Source of the DNA: Synechococcus elongatus PCC 6301
Lineage (GTDB): Bacteria; Cyanobacteriota; Cyanobacteriia; Synechococcales; Synechococcaceae
Assembly: GCF_000010065.1 (NCBI RefSeq)
Contig: NC_006576.1
Coordinates: 1,530,001 to 1,562,000, forward strand
DNA: 32,000 nucleotides
Direction: 5' to 3'
The notes under the pieces were generated by a model, which had not been told where the DNA came from, ran no database searches, and saw only the letters and a list, made by a program, of their open reading frames with translations. Position numbers and translations under genes: made by a program. Each line of letters opens with the position of its first letter. Position 1 is the first letter of the stretch. Below are positions 1 through 8,964 of this stretch, one piece after another.

Positions 1-8
1 TCTATCCA

Positions 9-299
9 GTGCTACATGAGACCCTAGAAGCCTGCAACCTAAGTATTCTGCACAATTCAGCAGACTATCTAGTGGCGCGGGAACCGGCTGGCAAAGTTCC
101 TTTTTCGCAACTGGTTGTGACTGAAGTCTTGGTCAACACCACAATGGCAAAAGGCGATCGCATTTCGCTACAGTTCATTTGCAAAAACGAAGAACTGCCA
201 TTGAAGTCCAATAACCACTGTGAACAGGTCTTTCGTCGTCTCAGCGATCGTCTGCAGCAGACCAACGAATGGAAGCTGGTTGATTTTGTTGCAGCCTAG
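9..299 (+). CDS. conserved hypothetical small protein (96 aa)
   Basis: Complete ORF with no overlap; plausible composition; no family recognised with certainty. Confidence 0.6.
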   Translation: MLHETLEACNLSILHNSADYLVAREPAGKVPFSQLVVTEVLVNTTMAKGDRISLQFICKNEELPLKSNNHCEQVFRRLSDRLQQTNEWKLVDFVAA

Positions 300-555
300 C
301 ACTGCGATTCTCGACCCCGCAGCCCAACACCGTTCCTCTTCAGTCAGGCCTCGCGCAGTTTTTTGAGGCAAGCTAGCACTGTCACCTTGGCAAGAACTGC
401 TACGAGTCAGATTAGGCCATGGCGATTGCCAGTCTGCTCAAGTCAGCTGAGTCCCTGAGCTAAAAACAGGATTTCTGCCAAAACACAATCGGGCAGCCAC
501 CCATAACTTCGGGATCGTTAGAATCAGGGTAACGTTAACTTCTGTAACGAAATTA

Positions 556-1167
556 ATGGCTTCCAGCGATCGCGGTACTTCCACTTTGCAGGGCTGGCAT
601 GCCTTACAAACGCTCTGGCGGGGCGATCAGCGATCGGTCATTCAGGGATTGCCCCACAGTCAACTCGCTCCCGCTTGGCAATTGCTCCTGCTGGGGGATG
701 GCTCGCCCACACGCCACCTACAGCTCCTGACAGGGGAACCGACTGCGGTGGACGTCATCGAAATGGCCCCGATCGCCGATCAAGATGACGGCGCCCCTCC
801 ACCAATCCGTGCGATCGCGGGGCCACGGCTACGGCGACAGGTCTGGTTGCGCACTGCTTCCGGTCAGCGTCTCGCCTACGCCACCTCTTGGTGGACCCAG
901 CAGCGGGTTGATGCCTACCTACGCGATCGCGCCCAACCGATTTGGGCCAATCTTGCCGATTTACGGACAGAGCTCTATCGCGATATCCAAGGCGTTGAAT
1001 ACGGTGATAGCGCCGCTCTGAGTGAGGCTTTCGGCCAGACTGGGCCGTTCTGGGGACGCTATTACCTGTTCTGGCACCAAGGACAGCCGCTGACGCTAAT
1101 CTATGAGGTGTTTTCGCCGGCGATCGCCACCTATCTCGGACCAAGTACACCTCAGCCTGTGGTTTAG
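556..1167 (+). CDS. chorismate lyase-like (DUF98/UbiC-like) protein
   Basis: 203 aa ORF; LLLGDGSPTRHLQLLTG...RRQVWLRTASGQRLAYATSWW resembles cyanobacterial chorismate-pyruvate lyase family proteins. Confidence 0.7.
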   Translation: MASSDRGTSTLQGWHALQTLWRGDQRSVIQGLPHSQLAPAWQLLLLGDGSPTRHLQLLTGEPTAVDVIEMAPIADQDDGAPPPIRAIAGPRLRRQVWLRTASGQRLAYATSWWTQQRVDAYLRDRAQPIWANLADLRTELYRDIQGVEYGDSAALSEAFGQTGPFWGRYYLFWHQGQPLTLIYEVFSPAIATYLGPSTPQPVV

Positions 1168-2147
1168 TTCAAACCCAGTTCCCGCTTCAGCAGAGCGATC
1201 GAGGCCTCGCTGATGTAGCTTTTGCTGCAGAGCAAACGGGGTAAGCGGATCAAGTCGTCCCGAATCGCACTGACGCGCTGCTTGACGTTGTCAATGCTGG
1301 ATTGATCGCAGATGATCACCGACGCACTGCGCAGCATCGCTTCCAACTTGGTTTGGTCATTGGGCTGACAGGACATGATCAGCAGTGCTTCGCCGCGCAA
1401 GCTGTGGATGATAATTTCCGCCGCCCGCAGGATGCCCGGGCTAATACTGACAATGCCGATGCAGCTACCTTCCTTTTGCTGACTCAAGAATGAGAGTTCT
1501 TCGCGATAGTCGTAGAGATCCAGCGCGATCGTGCGAGCCCCAAGGCTAGCAGTAATCGCCTCGGCATCTTGGAAGAAGTAGTGGCTTGTGACCACAGTGC
1601 CGCTGTCTTTTTGTTTGAGGATGGCGCCCAACTCTTCCAAGGGAACCACTTCAACGGGCACACCCAAGGCTTGGGACAGCTCCCGATACATCAACTCCGC
1701 CGCTCCTAGGTCTTGCAAAGGCGCTGTGACTAGGACGCTGGCGCTACAGCGCAACCGCCAATCCACCTCTGCTAAGAACAGTTCACGGATCTCAGCTAGG
1801 GAGCAACCCTGCTGCAACAACGTGTCAATGTGATCACGAATCTGTTGATCGATATCGGGATACTGCTTGCGCAAGCGCTGACTCTTCGCCGTCTCACGAG
1901 GGTCATTGCCCCCCCGCACATAGATGCCGGAACCGGCCTGGGCTTCGACAACGCCGTCTTCTTCGAGCAGGCGATAGACCTTGCTGATCGTGTTGCGATG
2001 CAATCCCGTCTGCATGGCTAGCTGGCGGGTGCTGGGCAGCTTGTGCCCCGGCGGATACTGGCGAGACGCGATCGCGAAGTGAATCTGGTTGTATAGCTGT
2101 GTCGACGCAGGGATGTCGCTGTCGGCTTGGATGTGAAAACGAATCAT
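1164..2147 (-). CDS. GntR family transcriptional regulator (YtrA-like N-terminal HTH, long C-terminal domain)
   Basis: N-terminus IPASTQLYNQIHFAIASRQYPPGHKLPSTRQLAMQTGLHRNTISKVYRLLEEDGVVEAQAGSGIYV is a classic GntR winged helix. Confidence 0.85.
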   Translation of the reverse strand: MIRFHIQADSDIPASTQLYNQIHFAIASRQYPPGHKLPSTRQLAMQTGLHRNTISKVYRLLEEDGVVEAQAGSGIYVRGGNDPRETAKSQRLRKQYPDIDQQIRDHIDTLLQQGCSLAEIRELFLAEVDWRLRCSASVLVTAPLQDLGAAELMYRELSQALGVPVEVVPLEELGAILKQKDSGTVVTSHYFFQDAEAITASLGARTIALDLYDYREELSFLSQQKEGSCIGIVSISPGILRAAEIIIHSLRGEALLIMSCQPNDQTKLEAMLRSASVIICDQSSIDNVKQRVSAIRDDLIRLPRLLCSKSYISEASIALLKRELGLN

Positions 2148-2266
2148 TGATCCTGAACCGCCACAATCTGAGCTCCAGAATAGCGGGCGGGCTGTATCAA
2201 TCCAATCCCCTGTCGTGGGCGAGGGCGTGGCACACTGCCAGAGAGACTTCTGCGGAATTCACCATC

Positions 2267-3001
2267 ATGTCCACTGCGATCGCCACTGAATGGGTTAAGG
2301 TTCCAGCCCCCGATCTCGAAATTGATGCCTACGTAGCCGCGCCGAGCGAACCCGGTCGCTACCCTGCAGTAGTGGTGATTCAAGAGATTTTTGGCATCAA
2401 TAGCCATATTCGATCAGTGGTCGAACGATTGGCCAGACAAGGGTTTGTGGCGATCGCACCCGCTATCTATCAGCGCACCGCCCCTGGCATTGAACTGAAT
2501 TACACCGTCGAAGACATGGCGATCGGCAGCCGCCACAAGGAGCTGACCACCGCCCCGCAGCTGCTCAGTGATCTGGAGGCTGTCATTGCCTATCTCCGCA
2601 GTCGTCCCGACGCCAAGGCAGATGCTGTGGGCACGATTGGCTTTTGCTTTGGTGGCCATGTCGTCTATCTGGCGGCAACTTTGCCTGCTGTACAAGCGAC
2701 TGCCGCTTTCTACGGTGCGGGAATTGCGACCTTTACGCCGGGTGGCGGTGAACCGACGATCAGCCGCACACCTGCGATTGGGGGCACGGTCTATGCCTTC
2801 TACGGCACGACCGATCCGTTGATCCCTATTGAAGAAATTGACCAAGTCGAAGCAGCCCTGACTGCAGCTAGCGATCGGCATCGGGTTTTCCGCTATGCGG
2901 CGGGCCATGGCTTCTTCTGCGATCAACGCTCTGACTACGTTCCTGCAGCGGCTGCAGATGCTTGGGATAAAGTGCTGGAGCTCTACCACAGCACACTCTA
3001 G
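2267..3001 (+). CDS. dienelactone hydrolase family protein
   Basis: ORF extends from 2099 but ATG at 2267 (MSTAIATEWVKVPAPDLEIDAYVAAP) fits the family start; GTIGFCFGGHVVYLAA nucleophile motif, IQEIFGINSHIR, GHGFFCDQR. Confidence 0.85.
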   Translation: MSTAIATEWVKVPAPDLEIDAYVAAPSEPGRYPAVVVIQEIFGINSHIRSVVERLARQGFVAIAPAIYQRTAPGIELNYTVEDMAIGSRHKELTTAPQLLSDLEAVIAYLRSRPDAKADAVGTIGFCFGGHVVYLAATLPAVQATAAFYGAGIATFTPGGGEPTISRTPAIGGTVYAFYGTTDPLIPIEEIDQVEAALTAASDRHRVFRYAAGHGFFCDQRSDYVPAAAADAWDKVLELYHSTL

Positions 3002-3085
3002 AGCTGTGTTCAGCAGAGGTTGCGACTTTGCGGGCTGAAAGTCTTGCAGAGTTTTTCGGCCTCTGCTAAGTTAATTCAGGTACGT

Positions 3086-3157
3086 TCCTCAGTAGCTCAG
3101 TGGTAGAGCGGTCGGCTGTTAACCGATTGGTCGCAGGTTCGAATCCTGCCTGGGGAG
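3086..3157 (+). tRNA. tRNA-Asn (anticodon GTT)
   Basis: TCCTCAG acceptor pairs with CTGGGGA; D arm GCTCAGTGGTAGAGC; anticodon arm CGGCTGTTAACCG; T arm GCAGGTTCGAATCCTGC; CCA not encoded. Confidence 0.97.
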
Positions 3158-3193
3158 TTTAAAAGTTCAACCTTTGACTTTCAGGGAACTGGT

Positions 3194-3388
3194 CTAGCGC
3201 TGTTGGCCCGAAGTTACGGCATCGATCGCAATCGGATCAAACGTGATGGTGCCTAGAAGTTGAAAGAGCAGACAGCAAGCTACTAGGGACAACAAACCTA
3301 AACCGAGGCAACGAACGGCGACGGTAGGCGATCCCAAATCGAGATCTTGCCAAGTCAGGGGGCAATCGGAAATCGGCGGCTCGTCCAT
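3194..3388 (-). CDS. possible small membrane protein (64 aa)
   Basis: ORF in otherwise empty intergenic space with one hydrophobic segment (LGLGLLSLVACCLLFQLLG); no clear ribosome-binding site seen. Confidence 0.2.
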   Translation of the reverse strand: MDEPPISDCPLTWQDLDLGSPTVAVRCLGLGLLSLVACCLLFQLLGTITFDPIAIDAVTSGQQR

Positions 3389-3612
3389 AGGAGGGGTTTG
3401 TAGGATGATGGATGGCCTAGATTAACGGCTGCGATCGCGATCGTCCGGCTTTCTTCACCCCTTGCAACACAATTCAACTGTTTGAAATTGCGTCTAGCAG
3501 TCTCTTGGTATCTGCAGGTGACAGAACAGTTAATAGTTATTGCAAATACTCAGATATTGACTCAGAAAAATACTGGTCAGTTCTGAAGCTAAAAAATGTC
3601 GTTAGCCCGGGA

Positions 3613-4335
3613 CTAGAGGAGCGGCTGAGCTTCCGATAGCGCAGACCAGTCCAGCTGTTGCAGCTGCATGTAGGCCGAGGCGATTGCTTTGCGGCCGCGC
3701 AAAAAGCCACTGCTAGCACCAGGGCAGATCCAAGCCAAGGTTTCAGAGCTGAAGCGATCGCAAAGCATTTGAGTATTACGGATTTGACGCGGCCAGTGAA
3801 AGGTCTTGGCGGTGCGAAGTGGGGCAACCCCCCCTGCGCGAGTTGGCAGCAAATGGCGACCTGTAAAGAGAACACCACCGTGCCCCTCCCAATACAGGCA
3901 AGCGGAACCCGGACTGTGGCCACAAGTCCAAATAGCAGTTAAGGCTGGAGCGATCGCCTGTTCCTGTTCAAAGGTTGTGACGTTTGCGCCGGGCAATAGG
4001 TAGGCTTCCTGCTCTTGCACCACCAAGTCGCAGTCAAAGTGTTGCTGAATGGCGATCGCTTTACCAAAAGCCCCGCGATGGGTCAGAAAGACCCCTTGCA
4101 AACCACCTTGCTCCTCGACAAAAGCCTGGGTTTCGCCATGCCAAGCCGGTGCATCAATCAACCAGTTGCCCTGGGGCAATTTCAGGAAGTAGGCTGTCCC
4201 CCCTAGGGTGTCGCGGTTGGGCGCAAACGCCCACAGACCATCCAAAACAGGCTGGGGAGGCTTGGCGATCGAGGAGGCAGCAGGCGGCGAAACAGACACA
4301 GCGGTTGAGGAAGGGAACTGTTGCGATCGTGCCAC
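3613..4335 (-). CDS. MBL-fold metallo-hydrolase-like protein with degenerate metal motif
   Basis: 240 aa; FLKLPQGNWLIDAPAW, GVFLTHRGAFGKA (position of THxHxDH), TCGHSPGSACLYW, GGVLFTGRHLL match MBL landmarks. Confidence 0.75.
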   Translation of the reverse strand: MARSQQFPSSTAVSVSPPAASSIAKPPQPVLDGLWAFAPNRDTLGGTAYFLKLPQGNWLIDAPAWHGETQAFVEEQGGLQGVFLTHRGAFGKAIAIQQHFDCDLVVQEQEAYLLPGANVTTFEQEQAIAPALTAIWTCGHSPGSACLYWEGHGGVLFTGRHLLPTRAGGVAPLRTAKTFHWPRQIRNTQMLCDRFSSETLAWICPGASSGFLRGRKAIASAYMQLQQLDWSALSEAQPLL

Positions 4336-4406
4336 GCTTAACCCGCTCTTGGTAAACGGAGCAAAAAGCAGTCCGATAGATTGGATGAAGCGGATTCCCT
4401 GACGTA

Positions 4407-5918
4407 ATGCTTTTTCTGCTTCTCTGGTTAATCCTTCTGGCGGTTGGTTCTTACTGGATGTTGCAGCGCAATGTGCCGCGCCTCAGCCGCACGCCAGTCT
4501 GGTTGCTCTGGCTGGTGCTGATGATGCCTGCCTTCATTTGGATTGGCTGGGGACTCCTACTCGGTCAGCAGGGGGGACAGCTCCCGTTTGTGATTTTCCT
4601 GCTGCCGCTGCTGATTAGTTCACTGCTCTACTGGACGTTGCTGCAATGGGGACGCCTCCCACCCAGCCGATCGCTGCCTACCAATGAGACCGAAGCAGCA
4701 GCGATCGCGGCAGCCTCAGAGACCTTGCAAGTGGCCAGTGCCCCACCGGCGCGATCGCTGACCGCAGAGGAAGAAGCCCAGGTTCGTCAGTGTTTTCCCT
4801 TCGATCGCTTCAATCTGCAGCGACTGGAATATCGCTATCAAGCCGTCATTTGTCGGGGAAATTTGCGAGGTGATCCCGCCACAGTTTATGAGCAAGTGCA
4901 GACGGCAGTGCAGCAACAGTTTGGCGATCGCTTTCTGGTGATGCTGCGAGAAGACAATGCCGGCAAGCCCTTTTTTGCCCTGATTCCCAACCCCCTGCGC
5001 CAACAACCTCGCCTGGCCCTCAAGCCCATGCTAGCGCTGGTGCTGTTGGGGCTGACGCTACTGACCACAACCTTGGTGGGCTTTGTACTTAGCTATGCGG
5101 GTCAACTGGCCGAAATCCAGCCCCAGCTAGCAAGATCCTTAGAAGACAATCCAGCGGCACTGTTGCGCGGTTTACCCTACGCCCTCTCGCTACTCGCGAT
5201 TCTCGGCGTACATGAATTTGGCCATTTCTGGGCTGCTCGTAAACACCGCCTGCAAGCGAGCTTGCCCTACTTCATTCCGGTGCCCGCTTTCTTAGGAACC
5301 TTTGGCGCCTTTGTCCGTATCCGCAGTCCGATTCCCGATCGCAAGGCTCTGTTTGATGTGGGCGTCTCGGGTCCCCTCGCGGGTTTGGTGATCACCCTGC
5401 CGCTGCTGATCTGGGGGCTGACACAATCTCAGGTGGTGCCGATGCCAGAGCGGTCCGGGCTGCTCAACTTCTCAGCCCTTGATCCGGGCGTCTCGATCCT
5501 GATGGGGTTGATCAGTCATCTCAGTTTGGGCGATCGCCTAGGACTGAATCAGGCCCTGCAACTGCATCCCGTCGCGATCGCGGGTTACTTGGGCTTGATT
5601 GTCACGGCCTTGAACCTGGTGCCCGTCGGCCAACTGGATGGCGGTCACATCGTCCATGCCATGTTTGGCCAGCGCCAAGGGGCAGTCATTGGTCAGGTGG
5701 CGCGTCTCTGCATCCTCGCCCTTTCCTTTGTGCGATCGGAACTCCTGCTCCGGGCACTGTTGTTATTGTTGCTTCCAGTCGCCGATGAACCGGCGTTGAA
5801 TGACTTGAGTGAACTGGATGATCGCCGCGATGGCATTGGCTTCTTGGCCCTCTTTATCCTCATTTTGATTGTTTTGCCCTTGCCACCAGTCTTGCAGCAG
5901 TGGCTAACGGCGCTCTAA
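4407..5918 (+). CDS. site-2 protease family protein (M50), EGY-like
   Basis: 503 aa multi-TM protein with HEFGHFWAARK zinc motif and NLVPVGQLDGGHI second motif; N-terminal soluble region GNLRGDPATVYEQVQ as in EGY-type proteins. Confidence 0.88.
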   Translation: MLFLLLWLILLAVGSYWMLQRNVPRLSRTPVWLLWLVLMMPAFIWIGWGLLLGQQGGQLPFVIFLLPLLISSLLYWTLLQWGRLPPSRSLPTNETEAAAIAAASETLQVASAPPARSLTAEEEAQVRQCFPFDRFNLQRLEYRYQAVICRGNLRGDPATVYEQVQTAVQQQFGDRFLVMLREDNAGKPFFALIPNPLRQQPRLALKPMLALVLLGLTLLTTTLVGFVLSYAGQLAEIQPQLARSLEDNPAALLRGLPYALSLLAILGVHEFGHFWAARKHRLQASLPYFIPVPAFLGTFGAFVRIRSPIPDRKALFDVGVSGPLAGLVITLPLLIWGLTQSQVVPMPERSGLLNFSALDPGVSILMGLISHLSLGDRLGLNQALQLHPVAIAGYLGLIVTALNLVPVGQLDGGHIVHAMFGQRQGAVIGQVARLCILALSFVRSELLLRALLLLLLPVADEPALNDLSELDDRRDGIGFLALFILILIVLPLPPVLQQWLTAL

Positions 5919-5926
5919 GGACTGCC

Positions 5927-8011
5927 ATGACTGTTTCATCCCGTCGCCCTGAATCGACCGTGGCTGTTGACCCCGGCCAAAGCTATCCCCTCGGGGCAAC
6001 CGTCTATCCCACCGGCGTCAACTTCTCGCTCTACACCAAGTACGCGACGGGCGTTGAATTACTGCTGTTTGATGACCCTGAGGGTGCCCAGCCTCAACGG
6101 ACAGTGCGCCTCGATCCGCACCTCAATCGCACCTCTTTCTACTGGCATGTTTTTATTCCGGGCATTCGCTCCGGTCAGGTCTATGCTTACCGCGTCTTTG
6201 GCCCCTACGCACCTGATCGCGGCCTCTGTTTTAACCCCAACAAAGTGCTGCTGGATCCCTACGCTCGCGGGGTTGTCGGCTGGCAGCACTACAGTCGCGA
6301 AGCGGCTATTAAACCCAGTAATAACTGCGTTCAAGCCCTGCGTAGCGTGGTTGTTGACCCCAGCGACTACGACTGGGAAGGCGATCGCCATCCACGCACA
6401 CCCTACGCTCGCACAGTAATCTATGAGCTGCATGTTGGCGGCTTCACCAAGCATCCCAATTCCGGCGTCGCCCCTGAAAAACGTGGCACCTACGCTGGTC
6501 TAATCGAAAAAATTCCCTACCTGCAATCCCTCGGCGTCACGGCCGTTGAGTTGCTGCCGGTGCACCAGTTCGATCGCCAAGATGCCCCCTTAGGACGCGA
6601 GAACTACTGGGGCTACAGCACCATGGCTTTTTTTGCGCCCCACGCAGCCTACAGCTCTCGCCATGATCCACTTGGTCCAGTTGATGAGTTCCGCGACCTC
6701 GTCAAGGCGCTCCACCAAGCAGGGATTGAGGTGATTCTCGACGTGGTGTTCAACCACACTGCTGAAGGGAATGAAGACGGTCCAACGCTGTCTTTCAAAG
6801 GTCTAGCGAATTCAACCTACTATCTGCTGGATGAACAGGCGGGCTATCGCAACTACACCGGCTGCGGCAACACCGTCAAAGCTAACAATTCGATCGTGCG
6901 ATCGCTGATTCTCGATTGCCTGCGTTATTGGGTCTCGGAAATGCACGTCGATGGCTTCCGCTTTGACCTTGCGTCGGTGCTGAGTCGTGATGCCAATGGC
7001 AACCCCCTATCGGATCCGCCCTTGCTTTGGGCGATTGATTCCGATCCGGTTTTGGCCGGTACGAAGCTCATTGCTGAAGCTTGGGACGCAGCCGGCTTAT
7101 ATCAGGTTGGTACCTTTATTGGCGATCGCTTTGGGACTTGGAACGGTCCCTTCCGGGACGATATTCGGCGTTTTTGGCGTGGAGATCAGGGCTGTACTTA
7201 CGCCCTCAGTCAACGCCTGCTGGGTAGCCCCGATGTCTACAGCACAGACCAATGGTATGCCGGACGCACCATTAACTTCATCACCTGCCATGACGGCTTT
7301 ACGCTGCGAGATCTAGTCAGCTATAGCCAGAAGCACAACTTTGCCAATGGAGAGAACAATCGGGACGGGACCAATGACAACTACAGCTGGAACTACGGCA
7401 TTGAAGGCGAGACCGATGACCCCACGATTCTGAGCTTACGGGAACGGCAGCAGCGCAATTTGCTCGCCACGTTATTCCTCGCCCAGGGCACACCGATGCT
7501 GACGATGGGCGATGAGGTCAAACGCAGTCAGCAGGGTAACAATAACGCCTACTGCCAAGACAATGAGATCAGCTGGTTTGATTGGTCGCTGTGCGATCGC
7601 CATGCCGATTTCTTGGTGTTCAGTCGCCGCCTGATTGAACTTTCCCAGTCGCTGGTGATGTTCCAACAGAACGAACTGCTGCAGAACGAACCCCATCCGC
7701 GTCGTCCCTATGCCATCTGGCATGGCGTCAAACTCAAACAACCCGATTGGGCGCTGTGGTCCCACAGTCTGGCCGTCAGTCTCTGCCATCCTCGCCAGCA
7801 GGAATGGCTTTACCTAGCCTTTAATGCTTACTGGGAAGACCTGCGCTTCCAGTTGCCGAGGCCTCCTCGCGGCCGCGTTTGGTATCGCTTGCTCGATACT
7901 TCACTGCCGAATCTTGAAGCTTGTCATCTGCCGGATGAGGCAAAACCCTGCCTACGGCGCGATTACATCGTCCCAGCGCGATCGCTCTTACTGTTGATGG
8001 CTCGTGCTTAA
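5927..8011 (+). CDS. glgX: glycogen debranching enzyme / isoamylase-type glycoside hydrolase (GlgX)
   Basis: GH13 motifs VILDVVFNHTAEG, VDGFRFDLASVL, KLIAEAWD, ITCHDGFTLRDLVSY; N-terminal Tyr-Pro-LGATVYPTGVNFSLY. ORF opens at 5900, ATG at 5927 more likely. Confidence 0.93.
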   Translation: MTVSSRRPESTVAVDPGQSYPLGATVYPTGVNFSLYTKYATGVELLLFDDPEGAQPQRTVRLDPHLNRTSFYWHVFIPGIRSGQVYAYRVFGPYAPDRGLCFNPNKVLLDPYARGVVGWQHYSREAAIKPSNNCVQALRSVVVDPSDYDWEGDRHPRTPYARTVIYELHVGGFTKHPNSGVAPEKRGTYAGLIEKIPYLQSLGVTAVELLPVHQFDRQDAPLGRENYWGYSTMAFFAPHAAYSSRHDPLGPVDEFRDLVKALHQAGIEVILDVVFNHTAEGNEDGPTLSFKGLANSTYYLLDEQAGYRNYTGCGNTVKANNSIVRSLILDCLRYWVSEMHVDGFRFDLASVLSRDANGNPLSDPPLLWAIDSDPVLAGTKLIAEAWDAAGLYQVGTFIGDRFGTWNGPFRDDIRRFWRGDQGCTYALSQRLLGSPDVYSTDQWYAGRTINFITCHDGFTLRDLVSYSQKHNFANGENNRDGTNDNYSWNYGIEGETDDPTILSLRERQQRNLLATLFLAQGTPMLTMGDEVKRSQQGNNNAYCQDNEISWFDWSLCDRHADFLVFSRRLIELSQSLVMFQQNELLQNEPHPRRPYAIWHGVKLKQPDWALWSHSLAVSLCHPRQQEWLYLAFNAYWEDLRFQLPRPPRGRVWYRLLDTSLPNLEACHLPDEAKPCLRRDYIVPARSLLLLMARA

Positions 8012-8050
8012 AAACAATGCAAACTTCACCGTTTCAGCTGGTGATTTTCG
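7976..8050 (+). repeat. direct repeat copy 1 (~75 bp; glgX 3' end plus HAD gene 5' end)
   Basis: GCGCGATCGCTCTTACTGTTGATGGCTCGTGCTTAAAAACAATGCAAACTTCACCGTTTCAGCTGGTGATTTTCG; 3 mismatches to copy 2, constant offset 767. Confidence 0.95.
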
Positions 8051-8704
8051 ACTGTGATGGTGTGCTTGTTGATAGCGGAACGCATCACTAATCGCGTCTT
8101 TGCAGACATGCTCAATGAACTGGGTCTGTTGGTGACTTTGGATGACATGTTTGAGCAGTTTGTGGGTCATTCCATGGCTGACTGTCTCAAACTAATTGAG
8201 CGACGGTTAGGCAATCCTCCACCCCCTGACTTTGTTCAGCACTATCAACGCCGTACCCGTATCGCGTTAGAAACGCATCTACAAGCCGTTCCTGGGGTTG
8301 AAGAGGCTTTGGATGCTCTTGAATTGCCCTACTGTGTTGCGTCCAGTGGTGATCATCAAAAGATGCGAACCACACTGAGCCTGACGAAGCTCTGGCCACG
8401 ATTTGAGGGACGAATCTTCAGCGTGACTGAAGTACCTCGCGGCAAGCCATTTCCCGATGTCTTTTTGTTGGCCGCCGATCGCTTCGGGGTTAATCCTACG
8501 GCCTGCGCTGTGATCGAAGACACCCCCTTGGGAGTAGCGGCAGGCGTGGCGGCAGGAATGCAAGTGTTTGGCTACGCGGGTTCCATGCCCGCTTGGCGTC
8601 TGCAAGAAGCCGGTGCCCATCTCATTTTTGACGATATGCGACTGCTGCCCAGTCTGCTCCAATCGTCGCCAAAAGATAACTCCACAGCATTGCCCAATCC
8701 CTAA
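8017..8704 (+). pseudogene. HAD-superfamily hydrolase (phosphoglycolate phosphatase/beta-phosphoglucomutase-like) with +1 frameshift
   Basis: ATG 8017 encodes MQTSPFQLVIFDCDGVLVDSGTHH*; the rest (ERITNRVFADMLNELG...GKPFPDVFLLAA...VIEDTPLGVAAG) is in the frame of the 8054..8704 ORF. Removing one G at 8077/8078 restores DCDGVLVDSERITNRVF. Confidence 0.85.
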
Positions 8705-8742
8705 CCCCTGCTCGCGCCGCAACTACACACTAAACCGTTCCT

Positions 8743-8817
8743 GCGCGATCGCTCTTACTGTTGATGGCTCGTGCTTAAAAACAATGCAACCCTAACCGTT
8801 TCAGCTGGTGATTTTCG
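8743..8817 (+). repeat. direct repeat copy 2 (~75 bp), downstream of HAD gene
   Basis: GCGCGATCGCTCTTACTGTTGATGGCTCGTGCTTAAAAACAATGCAACCCTAACCGTTTCAGCTGGTGATTTTCG, ungapped match to 7976..8050. Confidence 0.95.
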
Positions 8818-8964
8818 GACGATTTGGCTTACAGGGATAACTGAGAGTCAACAGCCTCTGTCCGTCATTGCACACCCATCCATGCACTGGGGACTTGACT
8901 CATGCTGAATCACATTTCCCTTGTCCATTGGGCGAGAGGGGAGGGGAATCTTCTGGACTCTTCA

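Noticed and set aside
2414-2989. 191-aa antisense ORF
   Set aside because: Lies fully opposite the well-supported dienelactone hydrolase gene; composition (Arg/Ala/Asp-rich) is typical of mirror frames in moderately GC-rich DNA.
3537-3923. 128-aa minus ORF overlapping the MBL-fold gene in another frame
   Set aside because: Overlaps a better-supported gene on the same strand; low-complexity Ser/Arg/Pro composition.
5967-7789. Several antisense and alternate-frame ORFs within glgX
   Set aside because: glgX coding potential is continuous with all GH13 motifs; the others are incidental.
8279-8722. 147-aa minus ORF over the frameshifted HAD gene
   Set aside because: The HAD motifs establish the plus strand as coding.
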